Below are positions 38,217 to 52,000 of a stretch of 64,000 bases of DNA, piece after piece; position 1 is the first letter of the stretch, and every line of letters begins with the position of its first letter. The position numbers and the translations under genes are program-made. Under the pieces are notes generated by a model. The model saw nothing but the letters and a program-made list of their open reading frames with translations. It had not been told where the DNA came from and did not search any database. This stretch comes from Ptychomitrium polyphyllum (Eukaryota). The stretch covers positions 12,772,001-12,836,000 of the forward strand of contig OZ316775.1 of the NCBI GenBank assembly GCA_973851085.1, read 5' to 3'.

Positions 38217-39020
38217 TTTCCAGTACTAGTATTCCATTAGGCAATGAAGGACCTTACTAGTCTTTGCTTGTTGTAAATAGTGAATGCACACCATAATGAA
38301 TTGCTTGATCTGGTATTAAAGCCGGATATTGAGAAGGAACTACTTACAAAGATCGGACGGATCTTTCCTAGTATGTCAAGGTTTAGGATGAGCTCAGTGA
38401 TGAGTTGTTGTTATATCTAAATCATACGTTAATTGTAGTCTTGTTCTAATGTCAAAGACTAAATGTGGATTTTTTGGCGGTGTTATATACGTTCAAAATT
38501 CTCATAATCTTATAAGAACAATTGAAGCTACTTGATTAGCTGGTATTGCTCATTTATGATAAATTTGGCACGTAAAATCAATTGTTCAAAACTAGCATGA
38601 GCTTCTATCAGAAGCAGTAAGGTGTCTATGATTTTGTAACAAACAGAGTAACCACAAGATAAGGCTTCAAGATACCAAAATATAGAAGAAGATATGTCCA
38701 AGGTATATTAGAAATAAAGAGCTATAATAAGGTATAAAGACAAGGCTAGAAGGTTTAAGCTATACCATAAGAAATGTGTTGTCAAGATTGAAGATCCCTT
38801 CAACCTTGACTCTTATACATACTAGAATTATAAGCCTTCAAAGCTTCTTGAAAAATTTCTACTATATTGCTTTGTACTCAAGAAATCAAGGTAATTTCTT
38901 TGGAAGCTTCCTAAACCTTCTAAAAACCTTACTAGATACTTCTAATATGTGTATTTGTGACATCACCTTCTTTTCTAGCTCTGAGGTCTCCAAAGAGCAT
39001 GTTGTGATAAGTGCACATAA

Positions 39021-39365
39021 TTATAAGAAGTCAAAAATTTGATGCATGGAGTCTGCAATATACTCAAATTGCTTTTTACAATTCAAATGGTTTATGGGTC
39101 TTTATAACCATTGATAGTGTCCAATGCCTTTTACTTGGAACCAAACATGAATTTAGATATCATTGTTGTAAAAGCGTCCTTCAAATACAGCTTCTAGATA
39201 ACCTTTGTAAGCTAGCTCCACTTCAAAGACAATCACCAACAATCTATTGTTGAGTATCCTTTGACAACTTCTTGATCTAATATGTTTGTCATCACAAGGT
39301 CGTCAACAAGAGCCACTTGGTCGAGTTGACACCATTGACATGGTATTTGCATCTTAATTGTCCAT
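39021..39365 (-). pseudogene. Extra ORF (ORF3) of family B, homologous to family A ORF3
   Basis: Single frame with stops only as TAA/TGA (compatible with CAA/CGA decay): LLVIVFEVELAYKGYLEAVFEGRF...IHVW...GHYQWL*RPINHLNCKKQFEYIADSMHQIFDF. Confidence 0.7.
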
Positions 39366-40178
39366 ATCTAATATATTGAGCTATTCTCAAGAAACTATGA
39401 TAAACTTCAAAATATAAACGACTAATTTTTAAATCATGTCTAGAGCTTTGGAAATTTATGATCTAAGAATTATGTTTTCTCCCTTTTAAAAGCCTAAGCA
39501 TTAAGAGCCTTCAAGGTTACGCAAATTTATTGAGCCATCGTTCTTTATGCTGCTATTGTTGGTTTAGATGGATGTTGTCAACGGAACTCATGAACTTTCA
39601 CTGGTGAATTGGCAAGATTGTTAGCTAGTTTCTATGTACGTTTACTGATGTCATATCCGCACCAATGGACTAAGTATTCCAGCTTTCTACCTTTTTTTAT
39701 GAGTCAAATACTTCTTCCACTTCAAATTCATAATGATCATTGATTTTGACCACAAGTGGTGGCAATTGCCTTTATTTAAGAATACTTGATTCCTTATAGT
39801 TTCCAAAAATAAAATGTGGAAGACGGAATGTACCTTCATTGATGTTGGTAGTTCTAAATCATATGTCACGTGGTTGACTTTTTTGTCAATTGCAAATGAT
39901 CCCAATCTAAGATAGTCCAGCTTGTTACATGGCCTACTAGTCCTTATATTGTGTTGAAGAAGCCACACTTTTTTACCAACTTAAAATGGACATTGTTCTT
40001 TCTTTGTTGTATCTGCTATCGTTTTGTATCGTTTTTGAGCTTCTTCTAGATGAGTCTCCATGATTGTTTGAAGCTTTGACATCCTTGTAGAAAATTCTTT
40101 TGCTGCTAGATTCTCAAATTGCAGAGGCTGTAACATATCCATCTTTAGATGGTGTCCATAGTTGGAATAGAATGGCGT

Positions 40179-41687
40179 TGTTGTGATGTAATTAATTATA
40201 TAGTTTAAAACTTGAGTAGTATTTGTTGTTTGGTGTATTTGGAAAAGAGTATTAGGAAAAAAAAATAATTAGATTAAAATAAAGGTTGTGATGAAACCAC
40301 GATTTTTATTTATCTTGGAGGTGGAATCGCATCTTGTCTTGACTCAGGGTGATTAGGCCAGTTGACTATAATTTTTCCTGTCTGCCGTTTTTGGTAGCAA
40401 TATCAAGTCAATGAATTCAACAAGAATTGAACTCGAACTAGTTCAGCAGCTGAAACTTATCTAGTCAATCAAATTCTTAACTTAGTGTCTGAACCTACCT
40501 CGACAATGATTTTATTTTAAACTTGTTTTTTGTTGAATTTCAATCTTTTTTCTAGTTTCTTTAATTTATTTTAGTTTTTTTTAGTTTCTATTTTAGACTT
40601 GTGAGGGTTGATTTTATCTTTTTTGTAGTTGGAACCTAGAAGTTTCAACTAAAAAAAAGAAAAAAGAAAAACAAAAAAAAAGGATTTAGGTTAATTTTCA
40701 TTTGAAGATATGGTTAGATAGGGGTTTGATAAAAGAGATTAGGGGCTGATGTGGAGAGATATAGCTTATGTGGAGTTATAATGAGCGGATGTGGCAGTTT
40801 GACCAGCGCCCTCTTCTTCTCTCTCGACCTCTTCCACTAGAATAAGAAGGCAGCCCTCCTTTGGGTGAGATCTCATAGTATACTTCTTAATTGAGTTAAT
40901 TTTTGTTGAATTTTTTTTTTTTTTTGTAAACTTTCTAGAAAGCCATCACACGCTCCATTTGGAGTTAGTATGTGGTCGTGGCTTTAGTTTGAGTAAAGTT
41001 AAGCTAGCTGCCTTGAGTTTCTGATAAGCAGCTAGTTTGAATATTTGTAACTTCGTGTAGAAACTTCTTTTGTAAGTGAAATTTTCAAAAAAGGTTCTAA
41101 TTACTTTGGAAAGATGATTTCAAAATTTGGTGAGCATTGAACTTCTTGAGCAAAAGATACAAAGACAAATGCAACCGGGACATAGAAGGCAGTGTATAGT
41201 AGAGTTTGGGGTTGTACAATTTGGGTCATTATAGATGATAGAAGGGTTTTCTAAGGTTGATCTTTTGACAAGGTATTTATTATAAGATATTTATTATGTA
41301 CACAAAATTCAAAGTTTCAATTTATCATAAAAGAAGAGTTATGAAGTGGTAAAGTGATAGGGGTATAGGAGTTATAATAATGAAGAATGTAAACTTTGAA
41401 GTTATGAATCTTAGAGGGTACTAAAGATTTGGCAATCAAATTTATATATGGCGTACTGAATGTTTTAAGAAGGTTTTGTTAAAATTTTAAGTGCTTTAGA
41501 TTAGTTTGCTAGAAATTATGACATATTTGGCATTCGGATTTTCAAGGCAGCGTAGAGGAAAAATCTGGAGTAGGGTATTTGCTTCATTGGGTGTTAAAAA
41601 TAGAAACTCTTCATGCATCTTGACCTTGATCAATTAGATGCTAAAAAAGACCCTATGTTTCCTATAGCTACCACTCTCACCACAACA
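40179..41687. mobile_element. AT-rich LTR-like insertion within the B1 integrase
   Basis: Integrase reading is interrupted here; termini TGTTGTG...CACAACA are inverted repeats; no clean TSD found. Confidence 0.5.
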
Positions 41688-42276
41688 CTATTGATTGGAT
41701 GGAAGTGTAAGCGGTGTTGTTATAGACAAACTTAGCTAATGTCAAATAGAAATTTAATCATCTTATTAGTACTTGATAGTACACATTAAATATTGCTCCA
41801 AGATTTGGTTGACTTGCTCTATTTGGCCATTGATCTGAGGATGGAAGGTCAAAGAAACTTTAATGGCCACCTTAATAATTTTAAAGAACGACCTCCGAAA
41901 TCTTGATAGAAATTATGGTCCACGATCCAATATAATATTGTTGGGTAATCCATGGTAGCGTTAGATATTATCCATAAAGAATGTGGTAGTCTTTTCACTT
42001 GTAATTGTCTTCTTGTAAGGTACAAAATATACCATCTTGGTCAACCGGTCTACCACAATAAAAATGGTATCAAAAGAATTTGACGATAGAAGATTTGTAA
42101 TGAAATCCATTGAAATAGACAACCATGGTTGTTTTGGAATAGGCAGTGGTTGAAAAAGTCTATATAGACGGTGTCAAGGAGTTTTTGACCTAGAGCAAGT
42201 ATCTCACAAGAGTAGAAACACTTTAATGGCCTTCCACATTTGAGGCCACCAAAAGTCTTGAAAGATGAGTTCCAAT

Positions 42277-43431
42277 GTCGTGCACCTCTCATTGACGAGT
42301 GCCCGCAACACTAAGGGCACAAGGGGGACCCCGGAGTGACGTTCAGGACTTGTCGCGCCAATAGTAAAAAGAACCGAGTGGGCCTAGCGTGGAAAGGACT
42401 CCTAGAGGAAGAAACATCCTTGCCCATGTAGACCAAGGGCCACGAGGGATAAATTGTAGACATTGGAAGAATCACGAAGAGTTAATTCTAGAATGCTAAA
42501 GATTGCTCAAATCGGACTAGGGAACTAAAAGTTATAGCATCCCAAAGTTGGGGTTGCCAAGAGGCTGTTCTGGACTATGGCAGCCTTACACAATGACTGT
42601 ACTAGACTGGGACAGTCTAGGGAGGGACTCCTCCGGAGTCTCGAACCTTGAGAGAGGCGTATCTCCCACAATACTAACTCAAATTGGACGTTTGAGGAGT
42701 CTATCGTCATCTACGCAAAGAGTAGATGACGATAGAGTAGTTGCTTGATACATTCGGGCACCGGACAAGGAAGATATGACTCCCTAAAGGTCCGCTGGAG
42801 GCTTCCAGCGGCTAAGTTCCAAAGGAGATCGGGTGGTCTTCCAAAACTTTGGGTGTATCAGGGTTCAGCCAGCTACAGAGGGCCAAAGGGCCTGCCAAAT
42901 CCCACAAAGAGTACTATAGGGGAGAGCTGGTCCCCCTCCCCACTCCTCTAGTGTCTCGATAGGAACCAAGAGTGAGTCCCGGTTGGTGGAACTAGTATTG
43001 GGGCTTCACCATGGGGACTCCCACACCATTGTGAGCCGGTGGACGGCCGGTTTCATAGAGGGAACTAGCACGTTCAAAAATATACGCTTCTTACCACTAA
43101 GTTGGGGTGGTGTCTTCACATCGGCACCATGATGGCCCGGGATGATCTTAGGATCATATGGGGATCATGAGTGGTGGTAAGGAGACACTACTAAGTGCGG
43201 TTAGGCCGTGTGGAATGGGAGTAACACCAAGTGAGGCCTTGGACATGAATGGAAGTCTGCACCTAACCATTGGCTACTAATCAATTGGGTGTTGTAAGAA
43301 AAATGGTAAGGGGAATTAGAAACCCAGCTTGAGACTTGGAGAGTGAGAATAGGAGTTAACAATGATCATGTGGAGGTGTACAAGGTTGACGCGCATGACG
43401 CTTGCTAAGGTGCATTACAAGGGTTGCAACA
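42277..43431. mobile_element. Solo LTR, family C, inserted in the B1 integrase
   Basis: TG..CA termini with perfect TSD TCCAA; host FNKTLELI motif is restored when it is removed. Confidence 0.9.
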
Positions 43432-44422
43432 TCCAAGGTTTTGTTGAATAAAAAATGGCCAGCCGTAGGAAAGTCATGATGTATTTGAAGTATACAAAGG
43501 CAAATTGGTCCTTCAGGAATATATAGACGTTCTTCAAAATAGAGAAGGTTGTCTTCTAATTTGAGCTTAGACACATTTTCAAGGAGGTTATTGAAACAAT
43601 ACTTGATATCAAAAATAAGAGGGTCCTTTGTAGATGCCACATGCATCAGGATAAGGAACAATGAATTCATTGCAGTTAAAATGGTAGTTGGTCATATATT
43701 AAATCATTTGGGTTTCAAAAAAGTTACTTATTATTGATTGTGTGCTGCTTCTCTTTTCTTTGGCACAAAATATAATTGCCTTGGCAAAGCATTTGATAAT
43801 TATTGTTGTTTTTTGGGTCAATATGGAATACAAAAATCAAATCGAGATAGAGAAATACTCCAACAAGCTTAGCAACAATTGAAAACATAAGCTGACATGA
43901 AATATTCCAAGTTCATGTGGCCTGTGTATACAATAACTGGATACGCAGCACTCTGAAGGAAGTGATGCCATTCTTGGAAGGAATCCACAATTGCAAGAAA
44001 TTCCTTGTCGTGCATCTCGTAGTTGATTTTTGCAGCTAAATTTTTTCTGGAATGGCATGTAATTGGATGGAGTCTCCCTTTTCCTATCATTTGTAACAAA
44101 ACTGCACTTAATATAAAGTTGGAATCATCTAATTCAAAATAAAATTGCTATAAAAAGTCTGGATGGACCAAGATAGGAAATGTGGTAAAATCTTGCTTCA
44201 ACTTTTGAATGCAACCTCAGCATCGGATCTCCACTCAAGCTTTTCCTTGCATGTTAATTGCGTAAGTGGTGCAACTGTTTGAAAACAACTATTAATGAAG
44301 ATCCTATACAAGTTTGCAAATCCAAGATGATATATCCAAGGAATTCTACTTGAGGTCTATGGAATATACATTTCTCTAGCTTGGCATACAAATCCGCATC
44401 TTGTAGCTTTTATAAGACTATG

Positions 44423-47400
44423 TATCACTGATATATATATTAGAAGCATCTAGAAAGGTTCTTAGAAGATTTAGTAAGCTTCCAAGGAAGAAATCTCAGC
44501 TTTGGAAGCTTCCAAGGATATTACATGACTTAGGAAGTTTTCAAAGAAGCAACTCAAGGTTGCTTGAGTACAAAGAAATGTAGTAGAAGCTTTCCAAGAA
44601 TCTTCCAAGGCTTGTAGTTCTAGTATATATAGGATCAAGACTGAAGGGATCTTCAATTTTGACAATACATCTCTTGTGGTCTAGTTCAAACCTTTGGGCT
44701 TTGTCTTTTGTATCTTTTTATATTGCTTTACCTATAATATACCTTGGACATATCTTATTCTACATTCTAAAATCTTAAAGCCTTTTCTTGTAGTTACTCT
44801 ATCCGTAACAGTTTGTCAAGACTGTCATACAACAATAACAGAGCGTGGTCTTTTTTGATAAGAAGCAGATCACTCCTCTTTTTTACAAGCACTATAGCAC
44901 TCTATAGGTTGTGCATTACCTTCCTCTGGACTAATATTGATTCTTAAATTTTCTTTGAATTCTTACATATTTAGTAGTTTGTATATGTTTCTATTTCATT
45001 CGCGTGCTAGAAGGTGAAGAAGTCAATATGACTGATTCAAAAGAAATAAAGTTAGATTCTATTATCCATGTCCTTGAAGCATAGGGAATCAAGACTAAGA
45101 CTTTATCTAAGAAAAACAAAGAACTATACTTAACCATATACAATGGTCAAGGAACAGAAGCACCGCAATTGCTATTCCAATTCAACTTAGGTGCTTCATT
45201 GTCTAAACCTGATTTGATAAATGACAAACAAGTTCAAGCTAGGAATTCAATGTCAACAATCAAAAAACCAAGAATCAGCCTTCCGAAGAAGTTTGATAGT
45301 ATGTGTTCAAAATTTCAAGGCTATGTAAACCAAGTTCAACTTGTTACCTTGCTTCAACCTCAACGCTATCCTACAAACGCTTTATGTGTTGATTTGATAG
45401 GAATATTGCTTATAAGAAAAGCATTGTCCTAGTTTGCACCACTTTTTGAGAAGAATTCTTCTATACTTAGCAACTTTGATGTGTTCCTAGCCGCACTTGC
45501 AGAAGCATTTGGTGACCTTGATAAGCTCCATTTTGCAACTACTAAAGTTTGTGCCTTGCACCAAGGGCCATGTTCTATGTCAATTTATGCATCGGAATTT
45601 TGACAACTTGCATGCAACATCAATTAGGAAGAAGAAGCACCAATGAGTCAATTTCATTGGGGCATACGCAACAAGGTTAAGGATTTATTAGTATCCATGT
45701 TAGACCCCCAAATACTTGATGAGGCCATCATCCAAGCTTCAAAGTGCAATAATTGTCTATTTCAACGTTGAAAAGATAAATAGACTTTGATTATACCTCG
45801 GCCTTATACCAACTTTTCAATAGCTGCAATCTCATCTACCTCTAATAAGTATTTGGAAGCAAAAGCCATGCAAATTGATGCGGTTTGCTTCAAGCTCCTT
45901 ACTAAACATAAGAAGGAGCGACAAAAGGAACAAGGGTTGTATTTGTACTATGAGAAATCAGGCTACAAGGTTAATAACTACCTAAAGAAACCTCTACGTA
46001 CATATTGGATGAAAAATATAATCACAATGCCAAATACTTTGTAAGAAAACAAGGACGTCCAGCCACAATAGGGACCATGCATCTGGATCCGCTTTTTTTG
46101 TAAGAAAAAAAAAAATCTTGTATTATCAGCCCATCCTTCTTCTTATTTTACTACACTTGTTTGTTTAGATGTTCAGAAGCTCAAAAGCCTTGCTCTAATA
46201 GATTCAAGAAACTCTGCTTGCTTTATTGACAAAAAATTGAAACTAGAGCATTTATTAGAGTAGCAAAGACTAGTGCTTCTTTAAGTGTTTATGCAACTTC
46301 AATGTCCGAAGTTGTAACTTCATCCTCAAGCAATCCATAAAAATATAAGGAATTCAACGATGTATTTGAAAAGAAAAATGCAGACACCCCACCAAAACAT
46401 TGTCCTTACGATTGTGCCATAGACTTCCAAGACGGCACCTAGCTACCATTTGGACCTATCTATAATTTATCCCAAAAGATGCTTTCATCACTGAGGGAGT
46501 ACATTGATGAAAACTTAGCCAATAACTTCATTCAACATTCAAAGTCTTTTGCTGGTACTCTGATACTTTTTGTGAAGAAGAAAGATGGATCCTTACAAAT
46601 GTGTGCCGATTATTGCGGCTTCAACAAAATGACGGTGAAAAACCAATATCCATTGCCGTTAATATCTAGACTTCTTGATCAACTCAACAAAGCAAAGATC
46701 TATACCAAAACAAACCTGCAAAAAGCCTACAATTTGGTGCGCATAAAAAAAAAAGACAAATGGAAGACGACTTTTCAAACAAGGTATGGACATTTTGAAT
46801 ACAATGTCATGCCTTTTAAACTTACCAATGCACTTACCATCTTTCAGCACTTAATAAATGACTTACTTCAGTAGTGCTGTAAACTAAAGAATCGGCTCAA
46901 TTGGTCAATTTTCAGTAATTGTTAACTATTAGCATTAATTGCTAGGAAATAGACTTATAATAGTACCAGTTAAGACCATTCTACTGACTAACTAAACTTA
47001 AGGATAGTTAGGCTAGTTTGATCTATGAAAAATATCAAAAAATCATGGAAGTTGCTATTTATGGCAAAGTGAATTATTGTTATAAAACAAAAATAGAAAA
47101 AACATTGCAAGTAGTTAGAATCAAGTTAGTGATAGACTACAAAAATTTAGTAACAAGTTAGTATCTAGTTACTAGAAATTTAGATGAATTAGTTGAAGTC
47201 AATTGTAAGTAGATTAAAACATAAGTTAGGTTAGTATGACCATCCAAGTTAGTGAAAAGAGTTAAAAATGGTTGAGGTTGGTTAGGAATCCACTTTGTCA
47301 TTGAGATAAGGCAACTTAGTCTAAAGTTAGGTGTTAGAGTTCAAAAATTAGAGCACAATGCTAAGACATAGAAAGGTGGCCGAGAAAGAGAAAAGGTGGC

Positions 47401-49025
47401 CAAGGAGAGAAGTAGGAGAAGAGAATGCGAGTGAAAGTGGGGAATGCTAGAACTTTGATGGAAGATTGCAAACAAACAACAATAGTTATAATAGTGGGCT
47501 TTTGTAAAAAAGAAATAGAAGAAGTAATGATTCTAACAAGCTAAGGGTTTCCCAATTTCAATGAGGGACAAGGTAGTGGCGGCATTTTTAGTAGAAGGAG
47601 GTTGGCTACCGTTGCAGCTCAAAATACTCAACTTTGGAGGAGCGGATCATTGCGTATACAACTCCAAATAGAACAAGAATTGTTGGAGAGGGTAGATCAA
47701 GTTATAAAAATTCTATACATACAAAGATCATAAGATTTGAAGCTATAAGGCGTGGATAATGGCCAATTTGGTGCAACAAGATCTACAGCCGCGATTTCAT
47801 TGCACCTGGTTAGGGTTGAAACTTGCCTTCAAATTTTGGTTGTTTTTTTTCTAGCCTTTAGAGATCAGATTTTGAAATTTTTGAAGAAATTAGATCTAGT
47901 AGTTTTGGTTCTATAGACACCAAGATCATAAGATTTAAAGATGTGAGGCACCCGTGGCATCCAATTTGGTGTGAGGGGGTCTTGCTGCCTTAAGCGGAAA
48001 GTGTTGTGAGGTTGAATAGAGTAATAGTTTGGTGGCTAATGGTTTAGACCACTAAATAAGGGATAATACCTTCTTAAATCAAGGCCAACCAATTCACTAC
48101 AGCCTTCTAAAATATTAAGTCGTTAGAGTTGTAGTAAACAAGTAGTAATTTAGCACATATCTATTTTACTACACTTCTAGTTAGATGTTCATTAATGTAT
48201 GAGAAGACTTGAAAATTTATGAACTTGAATTTAATTTAATTAAATCTGACCTTAGACTACAACGAAACTTAGATAATTATAGCCTAAACAGAAAAGTGTG
48301 AACTAAATTAGTCTTTTATATAGCGAGGATTAATATAGGCTCACAAATGCCTCAATAATTTTATTATATGGCATCTAGATGATATTTTGATCTATTAAAA
48401 GTATCTAGAAGAACATGAATAACATGTCCGCATAGTCTTACAAAAGCTACAAGATGCCGTTTTGTATGCCAAGCTAGAGAAATGTGTATTCCACAAATCT
48501 CAGGTGGAATTCCTTGAATATGTCATCTTCAATAAATGACTATTGATGGATCCAAAGAAGGTCAAAGCAATCATCGGTTTAACAAGGCCAAAAATGGTAC
48601 GTAATGTCCAATGTTTTATTGGATTTACAAAATTCTAAAGGATCTTCATCACAAATTTTTCTTAAACAACTGCACCATTCACGCAACTAACATGCAAGAA
48701 AAAGCTTGAGTGGAGATTCGTTGTTAAAGATGCATTCCAAAGTTTGAAGCTAGCTTTCACTACATTTCTTATTTTGATCCATCCGGACATTTCAAAGCAA
48801 TTTTATCTTGAGACAATTGATTCTAACTTTATACTAGGAGCAGATTTGTCACAAATGGGAGGAAAAGGGAAACTCCATCCGATTGCATGCCATTCCAAAA
48901 AAAATTCAGCTGTAAGAATCAACTACGAGATCCACAACAAGGAACTTCTTGCAATCATAGATTCTTTCTAAGAATGGCATCACTTGCTCGAGGGTGCCAC
49001 ACATCAAGTTATTGTATATACAATC
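44423..49025 (+). mobile_element. Chromovirus B2, 5' half (LTR, gag, partly deleted protease, RT, RNase H)
   Basis: LTR 44423-44810 homologous to 38635-38962; PBS gtttgtcaagact; gag ~45030-46070; RT 46330-48530; cut at 49026 by A3. Confidence 0.85.
46878..48345. mobile_element. Solo LTR inserted in the B2 reverse transcriptase
   Basis: TGTAAAC...GGCTCACA with TSD AGTGC/AATGC; RT reading (NDLLQ..CLNNF..LDD) rejoins across it. Confidence 0.8.
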
Positions 49026-52000
49026 TATTAGGGATATAAGAAACTTGAAGCACAAACGAAGTGTTTCTCAAGAATTAACTTACAAAGAGCTAATGATCAA
49101 CAAAAACTTGATAAAGAGACTAAACAAGGTATGATACAAGATGATCCACAATTTTTATTGGCAAGACTTAAGAATACCTTGTCTTGCCTCTTATTCATAT
49201 GTGACGCTTATGTCTCCTACGATACTTTTAAAGAAGCTTCTTACAAGGCTTAAGAATGTTTAAGAAGTCTATGGAACCTTTTCAAGAAGTTTCCTAAGAT
49301 GTTGGAACCTTACTAAGAAGCTTCCGAGGAATTGCAACCTTCCTTGGAAATTTTGGGTAATGGTGGAATTTTCCTAGGAAGTTTTCTAAAGAACTAAAAC
49401 CATCCTATGACATTTTCTGAAGAACTTTAACCTTCCTAGAAAATTTCCCAAGGTAATAGAACCTTCCTAAGAAATTTCATGAGGTGGTAAAACTTTCCTA
49501 AGAAGTTTCCTAAGATGAATGGAACCTTTCTAGAAAGTTTTATAAGGTAGTGGAACTTTTTTAGGAAGTTTTCTAAGATGAATGGAACCTTCCTAGGAAA
49601 TTTCCTAAGGTGAAGGAACTTTCTTAGGAAGTTTTTTAATAACGTAGAAACAATTATGGAAATATTTGAAATTATTCTAAAAAGCTACTACAATATACCA
49701 GAAGGTTCTAAAAAGATTCAAAGGCTATATTGTATGATTTATATCCGTGACATCACCTCTCCATTTAGCAATGAGTTCCATGAAGAGCTCTTCTTGAGGC
49801 TTGTTTGTCACATCTTTATAAATTCTAAAATTTGTTAAAGAAATGATGCAACATATTCTACTTGTTGTTCTTTGTTCACTGATTCAATTGGTCCTTGCAA
49901 GAAACGCCAATGACCACCAACCAAGACTTTTGTTGTTAAAATGTTCCATCCCAAGATCTAATCTTATTTAAGTCCTTCAAAACATCCTCTAAATAAGATC
50001 TCGAGTCCTCCAAGAGTAGCTCTTCCACTTTCTAACATGATGACTAGAGGGAGAGCATCTGAATTAAGATTGGAATGGGAAAGGCGACTAGCCAATACTT
50101 CTGCACAAGGTCGTACTCAACGTTGAAATGTCCCTCTCATATCTTGGCTTAGATCCTTTGTTACCAATGGCTAAGAAAGTTTACTTGGCTCAACAGATTT
50201 TGTTATTGATGAAGGCATGGCCGACTGCTCGTCACGCATATCCATGATAACACAAAGATTTTATATACTAGCTAGGATCAAGAAGTGATCTATCTTGGAA
50301 ATAATATTGCATACAATTGGAAGTTTGGATATCTCTCCTCCCTTCTTATACTTGTCTATGAAGAAAAATCTCCTCTATGAAGCTAATGGCTAATGATAAC
50401 ACGTCATCACTGACCTTGTTTCTGAAGATATCTTTGATAAAACTCACGTACCTTCTCACATGCATTTGTCGTGTTCATTCAAGGTTCCAATGTTTGGTCA
50501 TTGATGCCATATCCTTGTTAATATATAAGGTACTCCACACGTCAGTTTTTGATGCGTGAATCAAAGATCTCTTCCACTTCATACTCCATTTCCTTCTTGA
50601 TTTCTAACAGAGGAGGCGGAGGGACAACTCTTTTTGGTATACATGATTTATTATAGGCTTCCAACAATGATACGTTGAATAGAAGATGAATTTGCATCCT
50701 TAGTGGTGGCTTTAGGCAATAATTAACCATATTTATTTGTTTGCAGACTTCAAACAGTCCTAGCCTTTGATAGTCCAATTTTTTTGGCGATCTTTTTGTT
50801 TGTATATTTTGTCGTAGGAGCCATACGTTATCTCCCACCTTGAACTTTTGATGGTCCTTCCGATGACAATATGCACAAGATTTTTAACAATCTTAAGCTT
50901 GTTGTAAGTGGAAAGCAATTTCTTGGTGGATTTTAGCAAGTTGAGTTGTAAAATCCTTCGGTGTTGGATTTCCAACATGCTTCACTTGAAATGGACCTGC
51001 TCGAGGATGATGGCCATAGTTTGCAAAGAATGGACTTTGAATTGTTGAAGAATGCAGCGTACAGTTGTAAGCAAACTCTACCAAAGGCAAAATGTCCGTC
51101 CAATTATCTTGCTGATAGTTTATGCTACAACAAAGGTACTGCTCTAAAATTTAATCCACACGTTTGGTTTGACCATTAATTTGTAGATGGTGTGCTGAAG
51201 AAAAGTTGATATTTACACGCAACAGCTGGAATGGAGCCCTCCAAAAGTTGGAAATGAATTGCGGCCTTCAATCAAATACAAAATCATCTGGTAGTCCATA
51301 TATGCGGTAGAGGTGATTTAGGAACAACTTAGCAATGTCACCTTCCGTTACCGTCTTGGTGCATGAAATGAAATACGCCATTTTGGTAAATCAATCCACC
51401 ACTACCAAAACTAGAATCCTTAGATTCAGAGTTTGGAAGGTCCGTGATCAAATCCATTGACAAAGACAACCATGAGCTTTTTGGCACTACAAGCAAATGC
51501 AAGAGACGATGAGATTGGTGTCTTGGTACCTTGGCTCGTGCACAAGTGTTGCATGATCAAACAAAGTCCTTTACATATTTCTATATTTTTGGCCACCAAT
51601 AGTCTCTAGCAATCAACTCCATTGCTTTATTGAATTTAAAATGTCATGCTGCTAGAAAATCATGATGTGCTTGAAGGATCTTCAACCGCAAAGGATCTGG
51701 AGGTAGGTACAAAAGTCCTTTATAATAAAATAGGCCATTTTGGAATTCAAAGTCTTCATCACTATTTGAAAGATCTCCATTGTCTTTGAGGCGCTTCCTC
51801 ATATTTGAAACAAAGACATCATTCTTCAAAGCCTTCCAAATTTTGTCAAGATGGGATGTTGTTGTAATAATCACTACTTTCAATTGAAGATTCTTTGGCT
51901 TCAATAAAATAGTCATTTGTTGATTTAAAACATCATCTCCAGGTTGAGGAGCTAAATAAGATCTTTGAGATAAGGCATCTGACTTACCTTGCAAGCTACC

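Larger units (their letters stand above)
29618..38634 (-). mobile_element. Old host LTR-element relic (possibly copia gag) interrupted by A2 and a solo LTR
   Basis: Pieces 29618-30537, 36829-37054 and 38217-38634 become contiguous once the TSD-flanked inserts are removed; purine tract aaaaggggaataa on the minus strand near 30270; weak copia-gag-like peptide (QVASIVLxRL...QQLITE). Confidence 0.25.
38635..44422 (-). mobile_element. Chromovirus B1 (second family), 3' half only, carrying two nested inserts
   Basis: 3' LTR 38635-38962 followed by PPT; chromodomain and GPY/F region ~39580-39970; integrase, RNase H and RT C-terminus to 44422, where B2 begins. Confidence 0.85.
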
